64,000 nt of DNA. Origin: TPA_inf: Saccharomyces. Taxonomy: Eukaryota. Numbering within the stretch: the stretch's first letter is position 1; each line of letters opens with the position of its first letter. Of this stretch, positions 1-9,820 are shown in pieces. The notes below the pieces were generated by a model. The model worked only from the letters and a program-made list of their open reading frames with translations, did not search any database and was not told the origin of the DNA. Where the stretch lies: positions 448,001 through 512,000 of the forward strand of contig BK006948.2 in the NCBI GenBank assembly GCA_000146045.2, written 5' to 3'. The position numbers and the translations under genes are program-made.

Positions 1-368
1 GTGACTACATTTTCTCTTTGTTGACCGGTTATCCTGATGAACCTCCTGCTGGTGTGGCTTTACCACCAGGTTCTAATTATAACCCTTACTTCCCAGGTGG
101 TTCCATTGCAATGGCAAGAGTCTTGTTTGATGACATGGTTGAGTACGAAGATGGTACCCCCGCAACGACATCTCAAATGGCAAAGGACGTTACCACCTTT
201 TTAAACTGGTGTGCCGAACCTGAACATGACGAAAGAAAGAGATTGGGTTTGAAAACGGTGATAATCTTATCATCTTTGTATTTGCTATCTATCTGGGTGA
301 AGAAGTTCAAATGGGCCGGTATCAAAACCAGAAAATTCGTTTTCAATCCACCAAAACCAAGAAAGTAG
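1..368 (+). CDS. CYT1: Cytochrome c1 (complex III), C-terminal portion. The CDS is truncated at the window's 5' edge; the reading frame is open from nt 3. The C-terminal transmembrane anchor is present.
   Basis: ORF 18..368 translates to ...DYIFSLLTGYPDEPPAGV...NPPKPRK, recognised as the cytochrome c1 C-terminus with a hydrophobic anchor (VIILSSLYLLSIWV). The track's 'M' at 18 is a TTG; the frame continues upstream to the window edge. Confidence 0.85.
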   Translation, partial: DYIFSLLTGYPDEPPAGVALPPGSNYNPYFPGGSIAMARVLFDDMVEYEDGTPATTSQMAKDVTTFLNWCAEPEHDERKRLGLKTVIILSSLYLLSIWVKKFKWAGIKTRKFVFNPPKPRK

Positions 369-670
369 TTGACAAAAAAATGAAAACCACTATTATTTAA
401 ATTACGGAAAAAAAAAAACCAATAAACAAAAAACATAATAAAAGAAATGAAAAAAAAGAATATTAGTAGAGCATACTGAATTGTTTTCAGAAAGAGAGTG
501 AAAGGTAACAAAAATTTACCTACTTTTCCTTTTTATTTCTCTGGTTTCGTTTCTTTTTTTTCGGCCACCCTATTTATTTTTTCACTGCTTGTAAACAACG
601 TCTCACTTCAATAGTGTCTCCTTCATGTACTGAGATACTGCTGCAAGCGAAATATCACGAATAATAATAT

Positions 671-695
671 AAAAAAAAAAAAAAAAAAAAAAAAA
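671..695. repeat. Homopolymeric (dA)25 tract in the CYT1 3' / MSA1 5' intergenic region.
   Basis: Direct reading: 25 consecutive A at 671-695. Confidence 0.9.
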
Positions 696-1011
696 GATGT
701 TTAAATGTTAACAACCTAACAGCAATAAAAAATAAAAATAAAGGTAGAAGATTGCAAGAAAGAAACTTTACAATATTTTGTTTGGATGCCCAACACCGGC
801 GTCTTGGTGTTCTTCTATAATATTTATTTTATTTATTTTTTATTTATATATGTACATATATATTCCTATTATCTATTAAGAAAGTAAACTTAGTGTAAAT
901 CTACCACTGTTCCAAGGCTTTGGCCATCCACCTTCTCTTTCGTTCCATTAATAATATGACACAATCGTTGAGGATGCGAGCGAGACCGTTATGGTCGATC
1001 TTTGAAGTCGC

Positions 1012-1022
1012 CGCGTAACGCG
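1012..1022. promoter_or_regulatory. Paired MCB-like cores (CGCGTAACGCG, inverted ACGCG elements) about 420 bp upstream of MSA1.
   Basis: Sequence cgCGCGTaACGCGct seen directly. The MCB core is ACGCG(T/N); MSA1 is a G1/S-phase gene. Confidence 0.35.
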
Positions 1023-1435
1023 CTAGTATTTTTTCCTTAAAGAGGCAAACACTTATTTTTCCCTAATAGGAAATCCCTCAAATCGGTTTTTTTCCATATT
1101 AGTCCCGTTCTATTGTCTGGTTTCATACCTCTAAAATTTCTCTCGCTGTTCCATCAATTAATACAATCAAGGCACAGCCAGCAAATACTAATAATTCTCT
1201 TAATAACTGCTTCCCCTTTGCAGCACCGATAAGGGATCTTTAAGACGGTCTTGAAAATTTTTCGTTAGTTCATTTTTCATTCTCGGAAGTTTTTTTAAAT
1301 TTTGAGAAGAAGAGCTGGTTGCACATTCCAAGGTGATTAAAGGGATTTGATTAAGTATATATTCACCAACCTGGGTTGTGTAGTTGAAAAGGGGAATAAA
1401 AATATCTCAAGAATACTTCGTGAAAAATATTCACT

Positions 1436-3325
1436 ATGGATAAAAGCATGATCAAAAAAAGAGGCAGGCCTCCCATCACCAAAGATTATCCCAATCCCCT
1501 ACAAAGCCCCATGGCGCATTCTTCAATGCAGGTTCAGAAGCAGGGGCCTCACAGTTTTGCCAAACCTTTGATGAAAGTGGGGCAATCTAGTCCATCCCCG
1601 AATAAAAGAAGACTCAGCATCGATCATCATCATAATTTGGCGGCAACTACGAGAAAGGGCAGATACAGGGGCGTTCTTCTTTCTACTCCCACCAAGAAAT
1701 CGAGCACTAATGGCTCTACGCCGATCTCTACCCCGTCTTCGAATGACAGCTATAATAACACGGTGTTTTCTGAAACAAGGAAAACCTTTCTTCAGAGTTC
1801 GCCGCCTATCATGACGTCTTCTCCAGCTTTCCAAAAGAAAAATGACTACATGTTTCCTTCACAGGAACAATTCAAACTTTCTTTAACCATTACCGAAAGT
1901 GGGAAGGCCGTTATTGCAGGATCTTTGCCTTTCTCTCCATCGTCAAAATCGTCTCATTTAATGAACAATAATAATAAAAAGATCATGCAAAATGAAAAAA
2001 TTCACAAAGGAAGCAAGAAAAATGCACCCAAGTTTGAGAAGAGACGTATTCTTTCTCTCTTAAAACAGATGAAGAATGAGAAATATTGTGATACTGATAC
2101 GCTCCCCGAAGCACCTCCAGCGAAACCAAGCAGATCTGACATCATCGACACAGAATTGCCGACTATCATAGAAACTTCAGCTTCTCCAATAGGCAGTGCT
2201 AGAAACAATAATATACTGCTTTCGCAACCACCACAATCACCCCCTTCAAGCGCGCAACTTAAGCCCCCATCCACTCCAAAGAGTTCTCTACAATTCAGGA
2301 TGGGATTTACTCCCAATGTTGCACTAAATTCCGTATCATTAAGTGATACTATATCCAAATCTACAAATGCTGTGGGTGCCAGCAATAATAACAATCAGAA
2401 CGGTAATTCCATTAGCAATATCGCGGATGCTAATACTTTACTTACCTTGACTAATAGCCCGGGAGTTTTCTTATCACCTCGAAACAAAATGTTGCCCAAG
2501 TCGACTACTGCATCTAACGAACAACAGCAGGAATTCGTGTTTAAGTTTTCAAGTGGTGACCCGTTATTGCTTACTGACGACGCAGATGGGAATTGGCCAG
2601 AAATGCTGTTCAATGTATCTAATACGCCCAGACGTCAAAAATGTTTTAACACACCTCCTTCATGGATAAACTTTGGTTCACCTGGATTATTCAGCCCACC
2701 AAGAAGCTCTAATGTCATGGTAAATGGCACCACTGTAGCCACCGCATCGGATAGCGGCAACGTCCATAGACAATTACAAGCTCAATTGGAGGCGCAAGTG
2801 CAAGTGCAATCGCAATCCAATTCTCCTACTCAAAGGCAACAACAACAGCGTCAATTTCAAATACCCCCACCTCACATAAACATGAACTCTTCCCCGCCAC
2901 AAATCAATATCGCTTCCCCACCTCATCAATCTATGTCTCGGGTGTCATCTATTTACTTCAACAAAGAAAAAACCACAACAGGGGTAGCAAATATGCTAGG
3001 TAACACCAAAAGCGAAAACTTACAGCCGCCGGCGAATTTATTTACCGCTGCCCATGGACCTTCAACTCCTAGAAATCAAGAATTTCAATTACCCACTTTG
3101 ATTGAATGCACTCCATTAATCCAGCAAACCATGAATGGCTCATTAGGAACCAAATACATACCAGGTACTTCAATTTCGAACAGTGCAACTCCTAATTTAC
3201 ACGGGTTCCCTGTTGGAACCGGGAAAGCTCCCTCTAGCTTTGACGATTCACTAAAACAAAACCCGTACAGCAACAAACAGGATGATGCTAGAACTGCCTT
3301 GAAAAGATTAATCGATGATCAGTGA
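1436..3325 (+). CDS. MSA1: Msa1, an SBF/MBF-associated activator of G1-specific transcription (629 aa; S/T/N/Q-rich low complexity).
   Basis: 629-aa ORF of low-complexity, Ser/Asn/Gln-rich sequence. Position between CYT1 and ALG8 matches YOR066W. The symbol is recalled from synteny and length, not from a domain. Confidence 0.75.
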   Translation: MDKSMIKKRGRPPITKDYPNPLQSPMAHSSMQVQKQGPHSFAKPLMKVGQSSPSPNKRRLSIDHHHNLAATTRKGRYRGVLLSTPTKKSSTNGSTPISTPSSNDSYNNTVFSETRKTFLQSSPPIMTSSPAFQKKNDYMFPSQEQFKLSLTITESGKAVIAGSLPFSPSSKSSHLMNNNNKKIMQNEKIHKGSKKNAPKFEKRRILSLLKQMKNEKYCDTDTLPEAPPAKPSRSDIIDTELPTIIETSASPIGSARNNNILLSQPPQSPPSSAQLKPPSTPKSSLQFRMGFTPNVALNSVSLSDTISKSTNAVGASNNNNQNGNSISNIADANTLLTLTNSPGVFLSPRNKMLPKSTTASNEQQQEFVFKFSSGDPLLLTDDADGNWPEMLFNVSNTPRRQKCFNTPPSWINFGSPGLFSPPRSSNVMVNGTTVATASDSGNVHRQLQAQLEAQVQVQSQSNSPTQRQQQQRQFQIPPPHINMNSSPPQINIASPPHQSMSRVSSIYFNKEKTTTGVANMLGNTKSENLQPPANLFTAAHGPSTPRNQEFQLPTLIECTPLIQQTMNGSLGTKYIPGTSISNSATPNLHGFPVGTGKAPSSFDDSLKQNPYSNKQDDARTALKRLIDDQ

Positions 3326-3728
3326 AAATAGTCATAGATTCATGAAAACGATATGAGCCAAAAGGACCATTCAATAATCATGAAGCGTTAAAAAATAGTT
3401 TACTTACCTTTTTTCCTTCTTAAAGCATTTTCCCAGAGCTGATAGATAATATATTGAAGTAGTACTTATATACCTTTCAACTGATGCATGTGAATGGAGT
3501 TGACCTTCATTCAGTTTAATGTAATGTTATTTTAATTCAAGTGTAAAACGCACAATACGTAAACGAAAAATAATGAGGAACTGGCGTGAGGGACTGCATA
3601 AATCGAAATCTAATCGTTATTCAATTAGTTAGTAGGTGAAAATGTACAATAAATATTTCTAAAATCGATTCATATATAAATAATTTTATATCACTTTTTT
3701 TTTAACGTCCTAGGGAAGCGATATTGTA

Positions 3729-5462
3729 TCACTGCCATAGTAATTCGTCAAAATTATATAACCACGATAAGGCAAACCACGAGCTGATTATACCTAATGA
3801 ACAATAGACACTATATATCATTAATCCTAAGAATTCAAATTTTTGCAAAAATGAATATCTCCACTTGACTTCATCCAATATTTGTAATACGGTGACGATT
3901 GGTAACAATGAAAAGATGTACGTTAATGCCAACCTATCCAAGAAAAAGATTCTTCTTTCTACACTTGAAGAAATCTTCGTAGTTTTTCTAAAAGCGGCAA
4001 AATAAATTATACACCAAACATAAGTGTATAATGTTTTAATGAAAAAATCTTGGCCTTTGTACAGAAGAGGATACAAGGAAACATAACCAGCTGAGGCAAC
4101 TAACATAAACGGTACCAAAAGACGACGATCAAATCCAACAAGAAATGTGAACGGAATGATGACTAGCATTATAGCTTTCTCATGCACATGCCACCCGAAC
4201 AAAAACGATGCCAACCCACAGAGAGTCAACGAGCCAACAAATCTTTTGAACGATGGATCAAACAAAAGTGGAAGTACTGCTAAGACCTGGTAAAATATCG
4301 TCAAAATAAACGTTAATTTTGGAGGAATTTGAGGGAGAATAACAAAAAATACGTCTTGAACTAGACCTTTACTTCCATTGTTGTTTGCCGCGAGCCTTTC
4401 ATTAATTTCCTTGATATTCTGAGGGATCAGAGGAGGTTTAATAAATTTTGTAGCAAAAGTGTGGACGTACGGTAATTTCAACATTACCGTAGTGAGTATT
4501 TTATCCATAAAAGAATACAACGCCCAGAAATTTGGTGCCCAATATGCATGCGTCAGTCCTCTTGAGAATGGGAATAACCTGCTCAACACTTGCGGCATTT
4601 GATGAGCAAATGGAAGGAAACAAATAGTGAAAATTCCAACAACAACGGTAGCCAACTTCAAAAGATTTGCCCATCTTATCAGGAACAAAAAATCTTTGTA
4701 ACTTTTAAACTTGAAATTGTTGACATTGAGAACGTATGCTCTCAATAAAAACACGAAATAACATGGCGCCAAATATAAAAATATATGCTTGAAACATATG
4801 GCTGTAGTATACAGAACAGCGCACAAGATGTATCTCTTATTCTTGGCGGCGACAATGGAGCCTATTAGAATCGCAAAAAGAAAACCATTATATTGGAAGT
4901 GAATGTGATCTATTATTAAAAACCCGGGTGATAGTACAATGCTAGAAGCAACCACAAAACTTTGAGATCTTTCACTTAGCTTTGTAGTATTAATGTATAT
5001 TTGAAGGATGACAAATAGAAGAATTTCGCTGAAGATGACAGTGAGTCGTTGGAAAACGATTGTTGGCAAACCGAACTTTCCGATCTCCACTATATCCAAA
5101 CAACCGTCATCACGTACAGATTTAGGAACAAATTGCGATAAAAACCATTCAAAATAAGCAAAAAATGGCGGATAATCCAATGTCCATTGACTAGTGTGCT
5201 CATAATACCATTCGCTGATGGGCAATTTATTGGTGATTGCCAGCCAATTTCTATGAACGTCAAAATCTGTACTGAAGTAGTCAGGAATCAATAGTAATTT
5301 TAAAAACAATGTGCTTATCCAGAAATTCCATAAGGAGTAGCGCTTGGATCCCTCACCTTTTTCGGTCGCGGCAGTCTTCAAAACCTTTTTTGGCTCGTCA
5401 TTTTTTTTTAACTTTGCCTTCTTTGTCACAGCCATATTTTGCCTCGAACGATCACCTTTCAT
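3729..5462 (-). CDS. ALG8: Dol-P-Glc:Glc1Man9GlcNAc2-PP-Dol alpha-1,3-glucosyltransferase (ALG6/ALG8 family), a multi-pass ER membrane protein.
   Basis: 577-aa ORF with many hydrophobic segments and a lysine-rich N-terminus, recognised as ALG8 (YOR067C) by sequence and neighbourhood. Confidence 0.85.
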   Translation of the reverse strand: MKGDRSRQNMAVTKKAKLKKNDEPKKVLKTAATEKGEGSKRYSLWNFWISTLFLKLLLIPDYFSTDFDVHRNWLAITNKLPISEWYYEHTSQWTLDYPPFFAYFEWFLSQFVPKSVRDDGCLDIVEIGKFGLPTIVFQRLTVIFSEILLFVILQIYINTTKLSERSQSFVVASSIVLSPGFLIIDHIHFQYNGFLFAILIGSIVAAKNKRYILCAVLYTTAICFKHIFLYLAPCYFVFLLRAYVLNVNNFKFKSYKDFLFLIRWANLLKLATVVVGIFTICFLPFAHQMPQVLSRLFPFSRGLTHAYWAPNFWALYSFMDKILTTVMLKLPYVHTFATKFIKPPLIPQNIKEINERLAANNNGSKGLVQDVFFVILPQIPPKLTFILTIFYQVLAVLPLLFDPSFKRFVGSLTLCGLASFLFGWHVHEKAIMLVIIPFTFLVGFDRRLLVPFMLVASAGYVSLYPLLYKGQDFFIKTLYTYVWCIIYFAAFRKTTKISSSVERRIFFLDRLALTYIFSLLPIVTVLQILDEVKWRYSFLQKFEFLGLMIYSVYCSLGIISSWFALSWLYNFDELLWQ

Positions 5463-5767
5463 CGTAGGCTATCCAATAGACGTCAAATGCCTTGCTGACC
5501 ACTACAGAACTGTAATGAACTTCAGCTATTTTTAACGTATGTTATTCTATAATTCTATACCACTATTGTCGTTTTGAAAAATGAAATTTCACTTTTCGGA
5601 AGTTGTCCGCTAAGAACAACTAAGTGATAACAGTAAATTTTAAAAATGCTTTGAAAAATGGGTTAAGCAAAGGTTATTTACTATAACTACGTAGTGAACG
5701 AAACCATATATCTCTTAATTTGCAGCAGGGATTTTATAAACTTTCATACATCCTGCAATAACAAGCC

Positions 5768-7795
5768 ATGGACTACGAGGATAATCTAGAAGCACCTGTT
5801 TGGGACGAACTAAATCATGAGGGAGATAAAACTCAGAGCCTCGTTTCAAATTCAATTGAATCAATTGGTCAAATATCTACAAATGAAGAAAGAAAAGACA
5901 ATGAGCTTTTAGAGACCACAGCTTCATTTGCGGACAAGATAGACTTGGATAGTGCGCCAGAATGGAAAGACCCTGGTTTGTCGGTGGCTGGTAATCCGCA
6001 ACTAGAGGAGCATGACAATTCCAAAGCTGACGATCTTATTAATTCTTTAGCCCCTGAACAGGATCCGATTGCTGATCTCAAGAATAGCACTACACAATTT
6101 ATTGCAACAAGAGAATCCGGTGGCGCATTGTTCACTGGAAACGCCAACTCTCCCTTAGTTTTTGACGATACGATATACGATGCTAACACTTCACCAAATA
6201 CTTCAAAAAGCATCTCTGGAAGAAGATCCGGCAAACCACGAATTCTGTTTGATTCCGCCAGAGCTCAAAGAAACTCCAAACGCAACCATTCTCTGAAAGC
6301 GAAGAGAACAACTGCTTCCGATGATACCATCAAAACACCCTTTACTGATCCCTTAAAGAAAGCTGAAAAAGAGAATGAATTTGTTGAAGAGCCATTGGAC
6401 GATAGGAATGAAAGGAGAGAAAACAATGAGGGCAAGTTCACAGCTTCTGTTGAAAAAAATATCCTTGAGCAAGTGGACAGGCCTTTATACAATCTTCCTC
6501 AGACAGGTGCTAATATTTCAAGTCCTGCTGAGGTCGAGGAAAACTCAGAAAAGTTTGGAAAAACCAAGATTGGCTCAAAGGTGCCACCAACCGAAAAGGC
6601 TGTGGCTTTCAAAGTTGAAGTTAAAGACCCGGTCAAAGTAGGAGAGCTAACATCCATTCATGTGGAGTATACTGTAATCAGTGAATCATCATTACTTGAG
6701 CTAAAATATGCACAGGTAAGCAGGCGTTACAGAGATTTCAGGTGGCTATATCGTCAATTGCAGAACAACCATTGGGGTAAAGTAATACCACCACCACCAG
6801 AGAAGCAATCAGTAGGCAGTTTTAAGGAAAATTTCATTGAAAATAGAAGATTTCAAATGGAAAGCATGTTAAAAAAAATATGTCAAGATCCGGTTCTACA
6901 AAAGGACAAAGATTTTCTACTCTTTTTGACAAGTGATGACTTTAGTTCAGAGTCTAAAAAAAGGGCATTTTTGACTGGATCTGGCGCTATTAATGATAGC
7001 AACGATCTGTCAGAAGTCCGGATAAGTGAGATACAACTACTAGGTGCAGAGGATGCTGCCGAGGTCTTAAAAAATGGGGGTATCGACGCGGAATCGCACA
7101 AGGGATTTATGAGTATATCGTTTTCATCACTGCCCAAGTACAACGAGGCAGATGAATTCTTTATCGAAAAGAAACAAAAGATTGATGAACTGGAAGATAA
7201 TTTAAAAAAATTGAGCAAATCTTTGGAAATGGTCGACACCTCAAGAAACACCCTGGCTGCATCAACAGAAGAATTCTCTAGTATGGTAGAAACCCTAGCG
7301 TCTTTGAACGTGAGTGAACCTAATTCGGAACTGCTGAATAATTTTGCTGATGTTCATAAAAGCATAAAAAGCTCTCTTGAGAGAAGCTCTTTGCAAGAGA
7401 CTTTGACGATGGGTGTGATGCTGGACGACTATATTAGGTCATTGGCAAGCGTAAAAGCAATTTTCAATCAGAGATCCAAATTGGGGTATTTCTTGGTAGT
7501 AATAGAAAATGACATGAATAAGAAACACTCACAATTGGGCAAATTGGGTCAAAATATTCATTCAGAAAAATTCAGAGAAATGAGAAAGGAATTTCAAACA
7601 TTGGAGAGAAGGTATAACCTTACAAAAAAACAATGGCAAGCGGTAGGAGATAAAATAAAAGATGAATTCCAAGGTTTCTCTACTGATAAAATTCGGGAAT
7701 TCCGAAACGGCATGGAAATATCACTAGAAGCGGCCATTGAATCTCAAAAAGAATGCATCGAGCTTTGGGAGACATTCTACCAAACCAATCTTTAG
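5768..7795 (+). CDS. VPS5: Sorting nexin Vps5 (retromer subunit): PX domain followed by a C-terminal BAR/coiled-coil region.
   Basis: 675-aa ORF. PX-domain motif ...AQVSRRYRDFRWLYRQL...PPPPEK... seen in the translation; the C-terminal half is predicted coiled coil. Confidence 0.9.
   Translation: MDYEDNLEAPVWDELNHEGDKTQSLVSNSIESIGQISTNEERKDNELLETTASFADKIDLDSAPEWKDPGLSVAGNPQLEEHDNSKADDLINSLAPEQDPIADLKNSTTQFIATRESGGALFTGNANSPLVFDDTIYDANTSPNTSKSISGRRSGKPRILFDSARAQRNSKRNHSLKAKRTTASDDTIKTPFTDPLKKAEKENEFVEEPLDDRNERRENNEGKFTASVEKNILEQVDRPLYNLPQTGANISSPAEVEENSEKFGKTKIGSKVPPTEKAVAFKVEVKDPVKVGELTSIHVEYTVISESSLLELKYAQVSRRYRDFRWLYRQLQNNHWGKVIPPPPEKQSVGSFKENFIENRRFQMESMLKKICQDPVLQKDKDFLLFLTSDDFSSESKKRAFLTGSGAINDSNDLSEVRISEIQLLGAEDAAEVLKNGGIDAESHKGFMSISFSSLPKYNEADEFFIEKKQKIDELEDNLKKLSKSLEMVDTSRNTLAASTEEFSSMVETLASLNVSEPNSELLNNFADVHKSIKSSLERSSLQETLTMGVMLDDYIRSLASVKAIFNQRSKLGYFLVVIENDMNKKHSQLGKLGQNIHSEKFREMRKEFQTLERRYNLTKKQWQAVGDKIKDEFQGFSTDKIREFRNGMEISLEAAIESQKECIELWETFYQTNL
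5869..6213 (-). CDS. VAM10: Small antisense ORF nested in the 5' region of VPS5 (VAM10-like; 114 aa if started at the second Met).
   Basis: ORF 5869..6234 (-) is 121 aa; the internal Met at residue 8 gives a 114-aa product, matching the size I recall for VAM10/YOR068C. Recognised by position only. Confidence 0.35.
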   Translation of the reverse strand: MLFEVFGEVLASYIVSSKTKGELAFPVNNAPPDSLVAINCVVLFLRSAIGSCSGAKELIRSSALELSCSSSCGLPATDKPGSFHSGALSKSILSANEAVVSKSSLSFLSSFVDI

Positions 7796-7906
7796 ATGAT
7801 CTGTATACAATAACTTTATGTGTCACGTTCCTCAGGATTTATGAATTAGGAGATTTTTGTTTTATATTATTACATACTATACAGTAAGTAAAATGAATAG
7901 GTCCGT

Positions 7907-9820
7907 TTACAGCCAGTGCGACGTAGCATCTTTGTAAAGAGATTGCCAAATAAAGGCTTCGCTCAGAAGCATTTCAATATCCGTTTCAGTCCAGTCCTTT
8001 GTAGGAGGGTTCTGTAAGAAAGTTATAGTTTCTTGGAAATCCATTTCCATTAGCTGGTCACTCCACTTGATGAGGAATGCAGCACAAACAAACACATGAA
8101 ACTCATTCAACGAAGACTGTCTCATTTTTCCACTGTCTTCAACAGCATTGTTTGGTGTCATATTAGAAAGAGCTGTGGTGGGAGATTGGAAATCTTTTGT
8201 TGGTGTAACAAAACTTGCCACTCGAGGTTCTGTTGGAGTAACAGGAGGTTTAATGTCATTGGACGACATAGAATAAGAAGAAGTGACCTCTTGTGAAGTT
8301 TCAGATAAATATGTGTCCCACATCCTTATTACTGTACCCATTTGAAATTCTCTCATCAAAAGGCAATTCATCCATCTGAATGCAAACTGTATAAACTCCA
8401 CATGTTCATTTTGAAAATGGTTATATAGATCAGCATCAATTCGTTTCACTAGCTGACTCAAATTCTTCACTTGTCTTAATATGCCTGGTTGTCCGTGAAT
8501 ATAGTTATCGGTAATTTGTTCGAGCAATTTGGTAAGACACCAAAACGTGTCCGCTTCTAAATCTGTAATCTGTTCATCTACCATATAAGTAGAGGGGTCC
8601 TTTATCTCTACATCATCTATTTGTGAAGGCGGCAGATATTCGGTAAGAAAAGTCTCGAAAAATGGTGTAACTAAATCATTAATACCTTGCACATATCCGC
8701 TAGCAGGATGCCTGATTGCCCAAAGATATAGTATTCGTTGTAAACTGTTCTGTACGGATTTGAACTGGTAGAGGGGAATGTGGGGATTTGTTCTCGGTAT
8801 ATCTATCTCTATCTGATGCCAAGTTGGGATATCTCTTGAGTGCTGGTCAGAAAAGGTATGTTTCAGACTATCCCTATATTCTTTCCTCTTCCTTTGTAAG
8901 AAACCCTCCTGTCTCTTGGTGTTCACAGGCAAATAACCTATTAATAATTTCCAAACAACAGGCCTGTGTATTTTTGGGATACCATTCCAACTGATCTGGC
9001 GCAGATCCTGTTGATTTATGATTGTCTTATCTTTCAAAATATTGTCAAATTTAGAAATGCGCTGGATGATGGAGTTTAATTCTTGAACATCCCGTTCGTT
9101 TTCGATTTCCAACTGAGTTTTCTTGGAATCATTTGTTTTCTCTTTTTGCAGCTGTGGTAATTGAGGGTATGTAAAAGAGGAGGAAGAATTCCGTACTGCG
9201 GAGGTCCCCATATTCGAAATCGAATTGATGGAAGAAGAAGTGGATTTTCGCGACAAAGTTCTCGTTGGAGCTACAGGTGTACCAAATCCACCGTTAGTAA
9301 GTATAGGAATAGGCATATTATAATCGTCAATAACAGCACTCCAATCCTCATCTAAGTCTTTGAAATATCGATCACCCTTTTTGTTAGGCTCTGTACTGTT
9401 ACTGCAATTGTTGCCTACACTACCACTACTGCTATGGCGGGGTTGTTGATGGTGGTGATGACGCTGGTGATGCTGACGTAAGAGTAAAGCAGGCCGGGGA
9501 CTTTCGTTACTTGCAGTGCTTAGAGTGGGGTTTACATATCGTAGAGGTGAATAGGAATTCGAGGTACGTCTAGTGCTTGCTTGTTGCTTTGCCATAGCTT
9601 CAAAATTACCGTCACTGGTTCTCCGATCTCTATCTGCCGAGGAAGCATAACCCGAGGGTAAACTAGTAGATTCAGTAGTATTCATTTTGTATAACGATGG
9701 CTTCTTGGAGGAAGAAGCCGACGATATCCTCCAAGATTTCATCAGGGAAGTTACTAAACTGGAACTGTCCGAATTATGGTCCCGTTCGTGCATTTCCTTT
9801 GCAGCGGATCTCACACCCAT
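7907..9820 (-). CDS. GYP1: TBC-domain Rab GTPase-activating protein (Gyp1; cis-Golgi GAP for Ypt1).
   Basis: 637-aa ORF. TBC catalytic 'arginine finger' IEIDIPRT and 'glutamine finger' YVQGINDL motifs are seen in the translation. The N-terminal half is low complexity and His/Gln-rich. Confidence 0.9.
   Translation of the reverse strand: MGVRSAAKEMHERDHNSDSSSLVTSLMKSWRISSASSSKKPSLYKMNTTESTSLPSGYASSADRDRRTSDGNFEAMAKQQASTRRTSNSYSPLRYVNPTLSTASNESPRPALLLRQHHQRHHHHQQPRHSSSGSVGNNCSNSTEPNKKGDRYFKDLDEDWSAVIDDYNMPIPILTNGGFGTPVAPTRTLSRKSTSSSINSISNMGTSAVRNSSSSFTYPQLPQLQKEKTNDSKKTQLEIENERDVQELNSIIQRISKFDNILKDKTIINQQDLRQISWNGIPKIHRPVVWKLLIGYLPVNTKRQEGFLQRKRKEYRDSLKHTFSDQHSRDIPTWHQIEIDIPRTNPHIPLYQFKSVQNSLQRILYLWAIRHPASGYVQGINDLVTPFFETFLTEYLPPSQIDDVEIKDPSTYMVDEQITDLEADTFWCLTKLLEQITDNYIHGQPGILRQVKNLSQLVKRIDADLYNHFQNEHVEFIQFAFRWMNCLLMREFQMGTVIRMWDTYLSETSQEVTSSYSMSSNDIKPPVTPTEPRVASFVTPTKDFQSPTTALSNMTPNNAVEDSGKMRQSSLNEFHVFVCAAFLIKWSDQLMEMDFQETITFLQNPPTKDWTETDIEMLLSEAFIWQSLYKDATSHWL

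Noticed and set aside
1417-1435. An SCB-like CACGAA on the minus strand immediately 5' of the MSA1 ATG.
   Set aside because: It is only ~10 bp from the start codon (likely within the 5' UTR) and lacks the third A of CACGAAA, so it is not reported as a feature.
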